This document shows, in pieces, positions 47,701 to 57,400 of a DNA stretch of 64,000 bases (within the stretch, counting starts at the first letter, position 1; each line of letters starts with the position of its first letter). The DNA lies in contig JAJPHT010000014.1 in the NCBI GenBank assembly GCA_021325135.1, positions 42,111 through 106,110 on the forward strand, read 5' to 3'. Below the pieces are notes generated by a model. It did no database searches, was not told the origin of the DNA, and saw only the letters and a list, made by a program, of their open reading frames with translations. The position numbers were made by a program, and so were the translations under genes. The stretch is from Pseudomonadota bacterium (lineage in GTDB: Archaea; Thermoplasmatota; SW-10-69-26; JACQPN01; JAJPHT01).

Positions 47701-48446
47701 CCGTGGCCTCCGTCGTCGCGGCCGCCGACACGCAGGCGCCCGACATGCCCCTGGGCCTCCGCGTCGAGGACCAGGGCGACGGCCGCCTCGTCGTGGCCTG
47801 GACGCCCGCGAGCGACGACTTCGGCGTCGAAAGCTATCGCGTCGTCCGCACCGTCGCGGGCCAGGCGCCCGTGCTCCAGACCGCGCAGGACGCCCGCCTC
47901 CTGGACAAGGCCCCCGTGGGCGTTGCCGTGCAGTACGCCGTCTCCGCCGTCGACTACGCGGGCAACGAAGGCCCCAAGGCCGAGGTGCAGGTCGTCCCCG
48001 CGCCCGTGCCCCACCTCTCGGGCGGCGCCGTCACGCCCCCGCTGGGCGGCCCCGGCCTCTTCGTGTTCACCGTCAACGTCACCGACGTCTCCGCGCAGCC
48101 GCCCGACGTGGAGGTCGTCGTCGACTCCGTCGCCCACGCCATGCATACCGACGCCAAGGACTGCCGCGCCGGGTGCGTCTACACGGCCGAGGTCAGCGTC
48201 GGCGCGGAGACCCTCACCTCGGGCGCGCACCACTATGCGTTCCGCGCCTCCCACGGCACGCTCCACGTCTCGTGGCCCGAAGGCGACGCCCTCGCCGGCC
48301 CCGACGTCGTCGCGAGCCTCGCGCCCAGCGTCGGCGCGCTGCGCGGCATCGCCCGCGCCCCCGGCCTCACCGTCTCGGCCGTCCTGATCACCCTCGTGCT
48401 CGTCGGCGCCGCGGGCACGTACCTCCTCCGGAGGAACCGACGATGA
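38778..48446 (+). CDS. giant (~3200 aa) surface protein: D(L/x)GGxDxY repeats, DxDGD Ca-binding motifs, FN3/Ig-like domains, C-terminal anchor
   Basis: Many VDLGGDDxY-type repeats; DSDGDGWPD; FN3-like L.W..P...Y.V.R...Y.V.A; DxAGN Ig motifs; tail APGL-TM-RRNRR. Start uncertain. Confidence 0.88.
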   Translation: MLLSRTGGCPRELARSPLCALAAVLFTVGPLFLSPLAGAQSAPSSSVPSDPTLLKALAPWILGDNATRGTPQSVDALLASLGSSAPLLGAGGGGWPAYFKAYGLQPSASDQAALNRFALDNPSLSLIVERLAGDLAAAKDARDAAIPRLAPADADLLLRAAVALSAGDSSSVSPQAAALLSQVDLKRLDDAALALRNEGVAARDLVPQAKAADQSYQSALGAPLRSALGARDAGAVLAALGDGAEPLHTDLSFPQIVAVSARLHGLPTAPAVPALSPDLDAPLANVMAASLLAQSQPGKASAQRLTATLAVELPHLVRAAYNLSLAPPSTLSRLSGSATPALGAHGRDHSMQTLLGGVLGPATPTLASDATFTSGAQALHAAMGSPLTDLAAAQRAESTLGPTLSHAVGALLVAQADYQRDLSPSSPVPARARAADAAAAPLLAKGTPLSSRDLQTLDDAVSAHDALRALVALRTADVLAAADALRALDGASVPMQASTPFVYRDTMIVVTGPEQDHLTLRDVPLAPILFVDLGGDDIYDVPLAGVNGTALSPGLPLDSTSTRTSVAVDLGGNDLYRAVGPMTLGAAAGAGEAPTLALLVDAAGNDQYQGGPQTLGWGFDGFGLVLDATGDDDYNETGAPLVSAGTDLVSATAAGVLVDVQGNDSYHSADGFVRLLGENASQASLAALVDYSGQDLYDTVCPKSAKDACFVTPRPDAPGFVTGTGLFADFNGKNAYPRPGDPYLPSFQQGNNNYAFTTGERTAIVQSGPPDSTGLLYDNDGDLLPNVIDSTLLNGDPDNRCKPVCSVGLTDSDGDGWPDTAETLLGTDAHNPNEYPAQLPSVQELQPGSLLPSGTPGSQAGSNMLLDLPGDVAIGLPGATTYVKDYRLIVDLGLGQAGVDQVSTESGSDVYLDNVSWNGVTVDLGGDDRYQPPMVDGSQMPGMAASTGFPAILVDLQGNDRYLGTSRSEGYATGQDSFALLLDGGGNDRYEAPAGLSQGTSVDDGSAYLIDLGGDDTYLSPNQGYAGTDVAVGSVAVFADAAGKDTYDRGTTPTTWADVDSYQGVSPVATSVPVSTKGASAQPNANTVAAFLDLAGLDTYRARDEGGAILDFSAHKNDRMIARPLQDPRGGPVTVFLDTTVVGAAGPADSDGDLSPDAAEAIAGTDSQSSGSNPVGGTVGFLLDLPNLGIGVGSQVDTRFTQDYALSVDTGGRDTYLNHAGASTPRWGVALAVDAGSDADTYASSGLTNLSAFRPLISLGAGANVDGGAVDAGYGAAQGAGILGIGILEDAGGANTFDVSVDAPTCSACTVPVMGFAASQGAGILGVGVLEVGAGGNSFHATATAHSPPDDKVVPSAVARTVSQGAGVLGIGILAVEDPLKGDSYTLDARADGATPQNVTSGQGYGLRGVGVLLDDGGNNVFHAGQMAQGAADDDEATLPLATGINLITIGWTPDQLVRKSRDSVGLLLLPGAGDDTLDAASRSQAYAGFGGLAALVDANGDDVRTLTPDDGTPSMGQAAARANGIAILLDNRGDDRYISRAQHAPDDAQAFSDQGVALLVDASGSDTYSATDQAQGMIAPNPVLVNGLATPATALLPSDAFFVDRMGVDSYQMGYGNLGQGGVRAPSAPTTKEGVGVALFLDLGGMDAYAAALRGQTPLSEKQGSTVVVGPTSRPSDGNDWRWTSASGTNGEYQGLGVDDESVGDGVAALTSALSTTVGVGAEVAVKDPDTGANAPSPLHGNVQLVGHLGNGGSALKSSAQGVDRVEFRLDSLPLGRATIPSGDDFKLAWKSNATDINGDPRYADGERTLHAYVYLRAGTPAAADSTGRQQAVDAEPIPTEAQVLIDNPPVPRVPAIPSVLSTSRGEIEIPLRVDRDLETHTQCPACDPASVAAGPDDWAPAPTVDLLGDARGEAFCLAEDCAPTGVTAVLAQGKVYLNWTAPAEDLSSVKLYRVFRNDSGEARLIGSVDARAPQMRFLDATPGPQYRVEAVRERPVSAGSNALPWTITESPWTNAAAPDLPGPVTGLRAFGAEGAIRLAWRPAPGAEGYVVLRNLTEDASTFGAVGSPLGPDATTFLDQVDGAGTMSDVRYTYQVVATDSLGSRSLLPSLPVSALAAPGEKVTLTLQGATADYGIVDNLSLGGAQVGAIRWATPSQVPDGSYLLTTRLEDARHAVAQTQTPVLLDGTPPVTSIGLPALVGNARQVAGGLSVPLTIKESGSGLAAVALYAQVGDGPWKTVGPISPSQFRFDGTAYVGDAVVPGIIDGQTVRLIAAAQDVAGNVEGLTRAVPWTPDVTDGLDDLLAAGAATTVRTDFQVPSGSASPMLVFVRPNATVHLEMTAKDVGSGVASVVADMGIATVHLAPHGSAWGGNFVAHDTCQCPVNFIVQDQAGNTAKVPGGIIVVDNKAPNLTAAQVSFPGGRAVGLPGDIATVLLSVVDENDNRIPQGGINVTLDARAFSSAGSVSATYDESLGSYRAQFIVDRAPAANATLVARLTDPAGNAASYPINLTVNATGVPFSSPVAVSPGRTSARFTWTTQDTARGRIEYGAGDQLGATADEPADATQHDITITGLVPSTNYTFRAIVVSAAGVQTVSDVSTFETLPGMNVTLGRASYLSNGALVVPVHVDTFGAEGQPAIELTLVPPRGSPTVIAGAHGVDAAPTLDLTSFRDGEYRLFATASMSGLAGQSATSRLVLDRTPPLVSLNSSQVLVAGKLLSFQAVERGSGIDILNATVTVGGNDCLPFLQGDTVSCRVPALPSDDFAAVAVHVPDLAGNAQDFEVRLPVDSVAPALANATLVGDGGTDVIRPGGQATIGVDASDLTLRSVVVDLTPLGGSAAEPMLPVGGHHYQATLSIPPTLPLGSLAFVIRATDGANGTSQATVLASVDALAPSVVGTETVTANQEPGAAVLQVAASEPVRIEAQARGAEGPIWLNVSGFSSRLSLPLTGLRPGAPTDVALTLVDRAGWRTVAVASVVAAADTQAPDMPLGLRVEDQGDGRLVVAWTPASDDFGVESYRVVRTVAGQAPVLQTAQDARLLDKAPVGVAVQYAVSAVDYAGNEGPKAEVQVVPAPVPHLSGGAVTPPLGGPGLFVFTVNVTDVSAQPPDVEVVVDSVAHAMHTDAKDCRAGCVYTAEVSVGAETLTSGAHHYAFRASHGTLHVSWPEGDALAGPDVVASLAPSVGALRGIARAPGLTVSAVLITLVLVGAAGTYLLRRNRR

Positions 48447-51400
48447 AGATCCCAGCCCACCGCTCCGCCCTCCTGGTGCTCGCCATCCTGCTCCTGGAGC
48501 TGGTGCCCGCGACGAGCCTGGCCACCATGACCGACCCCGCGGGGGTCGTGCCCGTCCCCACGACCGGGGTCCCCATCGTCGACTCGACCCGCGAGGACAT
48601 CCTCGCCCGCGAAGGCGCCGCCGTCGCCGCCCTCGACGCGCTCCTCGCGTCCAAGAACCTCTCCCCCGACACCGACCACCTCCCCACGAGCGCGTCGGTC
48701 ATGGACGACCACGTGGACCCGGGCCAGCGCACGGGCGGCCTGGGCGACTGGCGCGTCCTGGGAGCGGGCTGGCGCGTCGGCGCCGGCGAAGGCTGGAACG
48801 GCACGAGCGGCTGGACCATGACCAACGCCTCCACCGGCAAGTACGACACCGTGTCCTCGTGGCTCATCTCCCCCGCGCTGGACCTCTCGGCCTACCCCCT
48901 CAACACCGGCACTTTTCCCCCTGCCCTCGACCCCGGCAACCCCAAGGGGACGCTGGACGCCGCGCTCAACCAGCTCTGCATCAACGCGCCCGTCTCGCAG
49001 GTGTCCATCCCCGCGTTCTGCGCGCCCACGAACGGCGCAAGCTCGGAGCCGGGCCTCCTCTCGACCCTCATCACCCTCGTGATGCGCCACCGCTACAACT
49101 TCCCCGGCGACCTGGACGGCGGCCGCGTCGTGCTCTTCGACGCGGAGCCCTTCAGCAGCGGCGAGCCCCAAGTGCTCCTGCCGCTCCAGGGATCCTACGA
49201 CCCCAATGGCGTCACGTCGCTGGGCGGCACCCTCGCCTTCTCGGGCTATCACGACTGGACCAACGAGTCGTTCGACCTCACCCCGTGGGCCGGCAAGAAG
49301 GTCTGGATCGGCTTCCAGGTGGCGACCTCGCCCCTGGCCTCGGCGGACCCCGACCACTTCTTCAACCCCGACAACTTCGCCCACGAGGCGCCCTACGGCT
49401 GGCAGCTGGACGACCTCCAGGTGCTCGCCCCCGCCTACCCGTTCAACCTCCGCGTCGAGTCCGCGCAGGGCCCCGCCTTCTCCGACGGCCTCGTCCCCAC
49501 CTTCGCGCCGGGCGAGCAGGCCAACGTCAGCCCCTCCATCCTCTACGCCGGCGCCTCGCCGCGCATGACGCGCGCCGAGCTGAGCGTCACGGGCCTGGGC
49601 GACCCCATTGATATCAAGATGGAGAAGGTCCTCCAGCCCGGCGAGGTCTGGAAGCCCACCGTCAACGGCACCGTGACCGACGAGGGCAGCGTCACGCTCA
49701 CCGTGAACGCCTGGAACGTCGGGCCCGACGGCAACCTCGTTCTCCCCGACCCTGCGGGGCCCACCGGAGGGGACAGCTCGCGCAGCTTCACCTTCCCCGT
49801 GAAGCTCGTGAGGGACTTCGCGCTCAACGTCTCCACCGACCGCGCCGTCGTGGACGAGGGCGCCGCCGTCGTCGCGAAGGCCAACGTCACCAACCGCGGC
49901 AACGTCCCCCTCAGCATCACCCTCCAGCCCGACGAGGAGGGCCAGCCCCTCTCCGCCGTGCCCTTCTCGCCCCGCGTCCTCACGGTCCCCGTGGGCGGCT
50001 CCAACGAGACCACCTGGACCACCGCGTCGAGCACGCGCGGCGGGCACCTGATCCACGTCAACGCCACCGACGAGTCCGGCCTCAAGAAGCGCAGCGACGT
50101 CACCTACTACGTCCACGCCTCGCCTCCCCCCGTGTTCGACGTCCCCCCGTGGCCCGCCCAGGGCTGGGACGACAGCCTCACCACCTTCCCCGTCCCGCCC
50201 ACCGACTCGTGGATGTGGGTCGCGTCGGCCTACTCCCCCTCCGGACAGGGCACCGACCCGGTCCTGCGCGCGCTCCCCCTTCCCGGCGCCACCACGAGCG
50301 GCGGCCGCTTCACGGACCTGCGCCTCGACGTCCGCTACATGGCGACGCGCAACAAGGGCCCCGCCGCCATCGAGCTTGCGCAGCCCGAGCCCATCCAGAC
50401 CAGCCGCCCCGCGGGCGTGGGCGTCAGCGTCACGACGCCCGCCTTCTGGTCCACGACGCTCCCCGTCCACGACCCGATCAACGACGTCTACCTCTCCAGC
50501 GACTCCAACATGAGCTGGCAGGAGGCCCACCTCGCGGTGGACCCGCAGGAGTCCGCCGGATACGCCGGCGTCTGGTCCGCCAACGGCCCCGAGCTGCGCG
50601 TCATCCCCAAGATGGACCAGGGGGACAACAGCAACTTCAGCCGCTTCTTCCTGGACGACCTCGTGCTCAGCGGCGTGCCCCTGGGCGGGAACGAGGCCGA
50701 CCGCGTGGCCCTCGTCCACATCACCGGCGCGGAGCCCTACGTCTCTCCCAGTTCGACGCAGACCGGCACGAGCCTCACGAGCTCCAGCGTGACGCCCGCC
50801 CAGCCGAGCATCTGCGGATGGGAGAACCCCCCCGCCGGCCGAACGCCCTCCAATTGCTGGCGGCCCATGTCCAGCGACTCGGCGTTGGCGGCAGACACCG
50901 CGCCCACCGATCTCCATTGGCGCAGCGCCACCGGGAGCGGCGCGCAGTACCTCCTCCCCGACGGCACCCCCGCGCTCTTCTCCTACCAGGCGCCGCAGGG
51001 CTCGCCCCAGCCCAAGGCGGAGCGGCTGGTATCGCCGCCCATCCCCCTGGGCCGCATCGACGACCCCCTCCTCACCTTCGACCACGCGTACTACTTCCCA
51101 GGCTATCCCGCCGACGGCCAGCAGACGATCCCCGGCGGGTACGACATCTTCCAGGTCGGCTACGTGGAGATGCAGTACCAGCTCGACGACGGGACCTGGT
51201 CGCACTTCTATCGCCTCCAGCCCGAAGGGGGCTACAAGTCCCCCCTGGGGACCGGGCTCCAGGGGCAGCAGCGCCTGGCGCTGCCGACGAGCTATCAGGA
51301 CACCGACGGGTTCCACTGGCCCGGCCCCTGCCTCACGTCGCTCTGCGACAGCGGAGGCTACTACGACAACCGCGACGCCGCGGGGCACAACCACTGGGTG

Positions 51401-54400
51401 ACGTACCAGTACCCGCACCAGACGCACTCCATCTTCCACCTCTCGCAGCTCGACGGCGTGAACCTCACCGGACGCACCGTCCGCTTCGGGTTCCACACCA
51501 CCGCCTCCATCCAGACCGGCTCGGCCGCGTTCACCGGCGCCGTCTGGAGCGTCGGCAACGTCCGCGTCACACCCGTCTCCCGCTTCGCCATCGACGGCGC
51601 CATCGAGAGCGTCTCGCCCGTCGTGCCCTACGACTGGCAGGCCATCGGCGTCGGCCCCGGCACCAAGGTGCCCGTGAACGTCACCGTGCGCAACGCGGGC
51701 ATCTTCACGCAGCACTTCGTCGTGAACCTCACCACGAGCCTCTTCAACGGCGCCGACCTGCCCAGCCAGCCCCCCGTGGACCTGGGCTTCCTCGCCCCCG
51801 GGGAGGAGCGATCCGCGCTCATCGACTGGGACGTGCCCCTGGGCGAGGGCGTGGCCTACCAGCTCAAGGCGAAGGTCGTCCCCGCCGAGGAGTCGGTCCT
51901 CGACGAGAACCCCTACAACGACCGTCTCATCCTCGGCTCGGAGGGCAACCTCGTCGCGAAAACGCACGCCGACGTGGGCCTCTCCACGCTGGTCTTCCCC
52001 GCCAAGGGCCGCGCCTCGCTGGCGCGCTACATCCCCATCGTCGTCCAGAACAACGGCAACGTCCCCGTGGACGGCCTGCGCATCACGCGCCAGCTGGAGC
52101 GCATCGACGGCGGGAGCCACCAGCTCCTCTCGCAGACCACGTGGAGCCTCGCCGACCCTCTCCCCCCCGACCCGGCGGGGGCGCCCTTCCAGACGCTCCA
52201 CCCCTCGCCCGCGGTCCAGCTCGCCGACCTCTTCGTGACGCCCGGCGACACCGGCGACTACGTGGCCACCCTCACGCTCGAGACGGGCGCCGCCGACGAC
52301 GCGAACCCCGGCGACAACACCCGCGTGCTGAGCTACACCGCGACGGAGCCCCTCGCCTCGGACAGCTTCGAAGGCTCCACCCTGCGCTGGAACGTCAGCG
52401 ACCCCAACGTCTGGGGCCTTGGCGAAGGCTTCCGCAGCGCGCAGGGCCTCGAGGCCGCCAACAAGACCAGCGGCGCCATCCCGCCCCTCACCGACGCCTG
52501 GGCCGTGAGCCCCCCCATCCCGCTCTCGCGCGCCAAGAACGCCGTCGTCAACCTCTTCGCCAAGTACGACCTGGAGAAGGGGTACGACGGCCTCCGCATG
52601 GAGGTCAGCAACGACAACGGCACGACGTGGTACCCCGTCGACCCCATGAACCCGGACGGCACCCAGGGGAGCTACCCCGGCAACGTCTCCAGCGCGAACC
52701 CCCTCTCCACCGGGCCCGAGGACCAGCCCCAGGTCTTCACCGGCGACTCGCACGACGCCCCCGTCTCGCTGGACGGCTGGGTCCCCCTCTCGTTCAACCT
52801 CCTGCGCGTCCCGCAGCTCTCGCAGGCGGTGAGCTTCCGCGACCTCACCCCGCCCGACCCCTTCCTGCCCACCGACCTCGTGCACACCGGCAACGCATAC
52901 GTCGCTCCCTCCATGGTCCTCGACCCCTCCATCCCGGATGGCGGAGGCCAGTGGGAGATCCGCAACGAGACCGGCCAGGTCTTCGCCCAGCACGGCGACC
53001 TCTGGTGGAGCGGCAACGCGACGGGCGTCGCCAAGCTCACCCGCGACTTCACCGTCAGCCGGCTCGATCCCCGGGACAACCTCACCCTCCAATGGTGGGA
53101 CTGGCGCGCGGGCACCCACGGCTCCTCGTGGAAGGGCGTCGGCGCCAACTACGTCGTCAACGCGACGCAGGAAGGCAGCGACGGGCCGGGCAGCTACGTC
53201 GTCGTCGCAGGTGACATCACCCTCCTGGGCACGAGTGGGGACTGGAACCATCTCCAGCTGCAGATCAAGCCCGAGCTCCTGGACCGCTCCAAGACTCTCA
53301 CCATCACCTTCGAGATGGACCCCACCTTCCGCGGCGACGACCGCGGCTGGGCCCTTGACGACATCGCCCTCCTGGCGGGGCGCATCGAGAACGGCAAGCT
53401 CGTCACCGAGGAGCCCTTCACCGGCCCCAACGAGGACAACGACCACGTCAACTGGGACAGCCACGGTACGTGGACCCGCAGGCAGTCGCTCCTCGACGCC
53501 CCCGCCCCCTGGCGCGTCGAGGTGGAGACGGGCCCCGGCGGCCGCCCCCAGAACCAGTGGAACCTCACCCTGCCCTCCAAGGCCGGGAACTTCGACACGC
53601 GCCTCGTGACGCCGGTCGTGGATCTCACGGAGCTCGTGGGCGCCCGGGCGGTGCTGCGCATCGACCACAAGTTCGACCTCGCCTTCAACGAATTCGCCAA
53701 CAGCTATCAGGGCGGCGTCGTCGAGATCCAGGTCAAGAACCGCACCGGAGCGTGGGACCCGTGGAAGCAGCTCTTCGCCGAGAACGGGGCGCCCTCCCCG
53801 GACCTGCGCATGCGCTCTGACCCTGCGCACATGGACGCGTTCCCCTACAACGCCACCTTCCCCGAGGTGGGCGACAGCTTCCAGCGGTTCACCCGGTGGA
53901 GCGACCAGATCTTCTTCGTGGGCGGCAACCCCAGCTCGCCCCTGTTCTTCTTCCGCAACCAGACCGTGAACACGTCCTACGTCTTCACCGGCAGCTCGCA
54001 GGGCTACCGCGAGGACGACTTCGACCTCTCGCCCTACGCGGGCCAGGAGGTCCGCTTCGCGTTCCACGCCTGGAGCGGGCCCAAGGACCCCGCGTTCAAG
54101 GACCGCTACTGGACCATCGCCGGCGCCGAGGTGCTCGGCTACGTGCTCAGCACGCCCGACGCCCGCGTGCGCTTCCACCTGGGCACGGACCAGAGCATCC
54201 TCGCGGGGAGCGCGCAGATCGACCAGTACGAGGTCTCCGGCACGCCCTACACGCACAGCATCGGCCTGCGGGTCGACCCCATCCGCGCCTCGGTGGGCCC
54301 CTCCGGCGTCGTCACCGTGAGCGGCAACCTCACCAACTACGGGCCCGACGAGCGCAAGCTCGTGGGCGTCTCGCTCCTCAACAGCACGCCGACGCCCTTC

Positions 54401-57400
54401 CGCCTCGTGAAGACGCTCACGCCCAAGCCCGGCACGCCCCTCGCCGACCCCATCGCGGCCCTCAGCGGCCCCTTCGACCTGGGCCCCGCGGGTTCCCCCA
54501 CGGACACGGTCCCCTTCCGCTTCCAGGTCTACGTCGGGGACGTGGGCAACACCTACGACGTCCACCTCCAGGCCGTGGAGTTCGGCTCCGGCGTCGCCGT
54601 CAAGACCGGCGCGCTCGCCGACGACGTGCCCGGTCGCGCGCGCTTCACTGCGCACCTCAAGGTGGAGGCCTTCGACCAGACGACGCTCGACGCGCCCACC
54701 ATCGACCCGCCCAGCCTCCCTGCGCCGGGCTCCATCGTCGTGAGCGGCACGGGCTTCGTGGGCGGCACCGGGGACCTTGACGTGACGGTGGGCCTCGCGG
54801 TGAAGCTCAACGGCGCCTCGACGCCCTTCCAGGCCCACGTGGGCCTCGTCCCCGCCGGCCACGCGTTCTCCTACCGCTTCGACCCCATCCCCCTGGGCTC
54901 GACGGGCAACTACACGCTCTCGCTCACGGCGACCGGAGGCGCGAAGTTCGACCGGATCTACCGCGTCGGCACCAACGAGACGATCCTCTCGGAGAGCTTC
55001 GAGGACGGGCCCGCGGGCTGGAAGCTCCTGGGCGCCACCATCGCCACCGACGAGGCGAAGTTCGGCTCGCGCAGCATCCTCCTGGGCCTGACCGACGCCG
55101 AGTACGCGGCGGGCAGGCGGCTCGTGCAGGGTTCCGGGATGACGTACACGCCCGACCTCGACCTCTCGGGCGCGGGCCCCTCGCCGGTGCTCACCTTCTG
55201 GAGCAAGCCCCTCTTCGACGGGCCCGGCACCGTCCTCGTGAACATCAGCCTCTCCGACGGCAACGGCGGCGTGATCGCGCGCTGCGCCGACAAGACGCTG
55301 GCCATGCCCAAGGCGGGCAGGGCCTCCGACTGGAGCTTCGTCGAGGTGCCTATCCACGACGACTGGGGCTGCGGATTGCTATCAAGCAAGGTCCGCTTCA
55401 CGTTCACCATGCTGAGCGCCTCCGGCCAGGGGTGGCGCATGGACGGCGTCACCGTCCTCGCAGGCTTCCCCTACGCGCGCCCCGCGAACCTCTCGGGCGG
55501 CCTCGTCGACAGCGCGAGCAAGGTGTACCGCGTCTCCGTCACGAACCCGTCCCTCTCGCCGCGCAACCTCTCCGTGGGCATCGACGCCAACGCGTCCAAG
55601 CTCTCCCCCGTGGAGGCCAGCTGGCTGCGCGTGGACCCGCCCAGCATCTCGCTGGCGGCCGGCGAGACGCGCGAGGTCGACCTCCGCGTGTCGGCCCCCT
55701 CCGCGCGCGGCGCCTTCCCGCGCGACCTCCAGGCCGTCTTCGCGCTGCGCGACCTGGCCGACCCCTACGTGCAGCACCTCGTCAACCTCTCCCTCGCGTT
55801 CCGCCCGCTGCCGCGCCAGGACCTCTCCGCCGCCGTCTCCGTGGACGGCAAGGCGCTGGACGCGCAGCGCGACGCGCTGGAGGAGGCCGTGCCCCACGAG
55901 ATCGACGCCGTCATCACCAACCAGGGCACGCTGGCCAGCGCGCCCGCGGACGTCCGCATCCAGGTGATCGACGACGCGACGGGCGACGTGCTCTTCACGC
56001 AGACCTCCAGCATCCCCGCGCTGGACCCCTTCACCTCGGCCGAGGTCACCGCCGTCGCGTCCGCCTCGTGGAAGCCCGAGTTCGGCCACCGCGGCAACGT
56101 CACGCTGCGCGTCGTCGCCGACCCGGACCACCGGCTCGTCGACTACGACCGCTCCAACGACGACCTCTCGTTCCCCCTGGAGGTCGTGCGCCTCATCCGC
56201 CCCGACCTCGTCATCGAGCGGAAGGACTTCACGGTGGGCGACTCGGCCGGCCGCGCGCTCCACGAGGCCACGCCCGGGGAGCTGCTGCGCATCTCGGCCG
56301 TCGTCGAGAACCAGGGCTTCGCCGACGCGCACGACGTCACCATCCGCCTGCTCGCCGACGGCGCGCTCCTCAAGGAGGAGACCATCCCCCTCCTGCGCGC
56401 GGGCGACCGCTACACGCTGCGCGCCAACCAGTTCGCCTCCAACGCCAGCACCACCTACAGCGTGCTGGCCTTCACCGGCGACCTGGAGCTTCAGCCCGAC
56501 AACAACGCGCAGACGCTGGAGCTGGCCATCTTCCCCGCGGAGATCCTCCTTGGCGCGGAGGGCGCCTCGCTGACGCTCCCGCCCGGGACCAACGCCACGG
56601 TCCCCATCTCCGTCACCGACAACGGCCCCTACCCCGTCGCGCTGGAGATCGCGCTTCCGCCCGGCGAGCGCCTGGGCAGCGTGGACCCCGCGCGCCTCGC
56701 GCTGGGCCCCGGCGAGAACGCCACCGTCACGCTGCGCCTCGCCGCGTCGGCGACGGAGCCCGCGGGCGACCGCTCCGTCGTGGTGAAGGTGCGCCGCGAC
56801 GGCGAGGTCGTCGCGCAGCGCACCGTGGACGTCTCCGTCGCGGCCGCGCCCTCGGCGCTGGTCATCCCCGGCGACGCCCGCGGCCGCCCCGACGCGCTCT
56901 CCGTCGGCGTCGACATCGTCAATACGGGGAACGTCGCGTTGGCCCCGGTGGTCAGGCTCGTGGACGACCGCGGCTCCGTACTGGGCGAGCAGACCATCGA
57001 CCCCATCCCCCTGGGCCGCAGCCGCTTCGTGAACCTCACCGGCGCGCTGCCCGCCGGCACGCCCCCGGGCCGCCTCGAAGGCTCCCTCGTCGTCCTCCAG
57101 GACGGCGCGGCCGTGAGGACCACCCCCGTCCAGATGAACGTCCTCTCCTGGAGCGCGCTCAACGTCACCGTGGGCCCGCCCGTCGCCGCGCCGCAGGGCT
57201 TCGCCTACGACCTGCACCTGAGCTATCAGGGCAACGCGCCCGGCGAGCGCCGCCCCGTCCTCCTGGGCCTGCCGCCCGGCGTGCAGGCGCGCTTCAACGT
57301 CAGCGACCTTCAGCTCGCGCCCGGCGAGGCCAGGGACGTCCAGGTCGTGCTCAACGCGTCGGCGCAGACGCCCACCGGCCTCTACGTCGTCGAGGCGAGC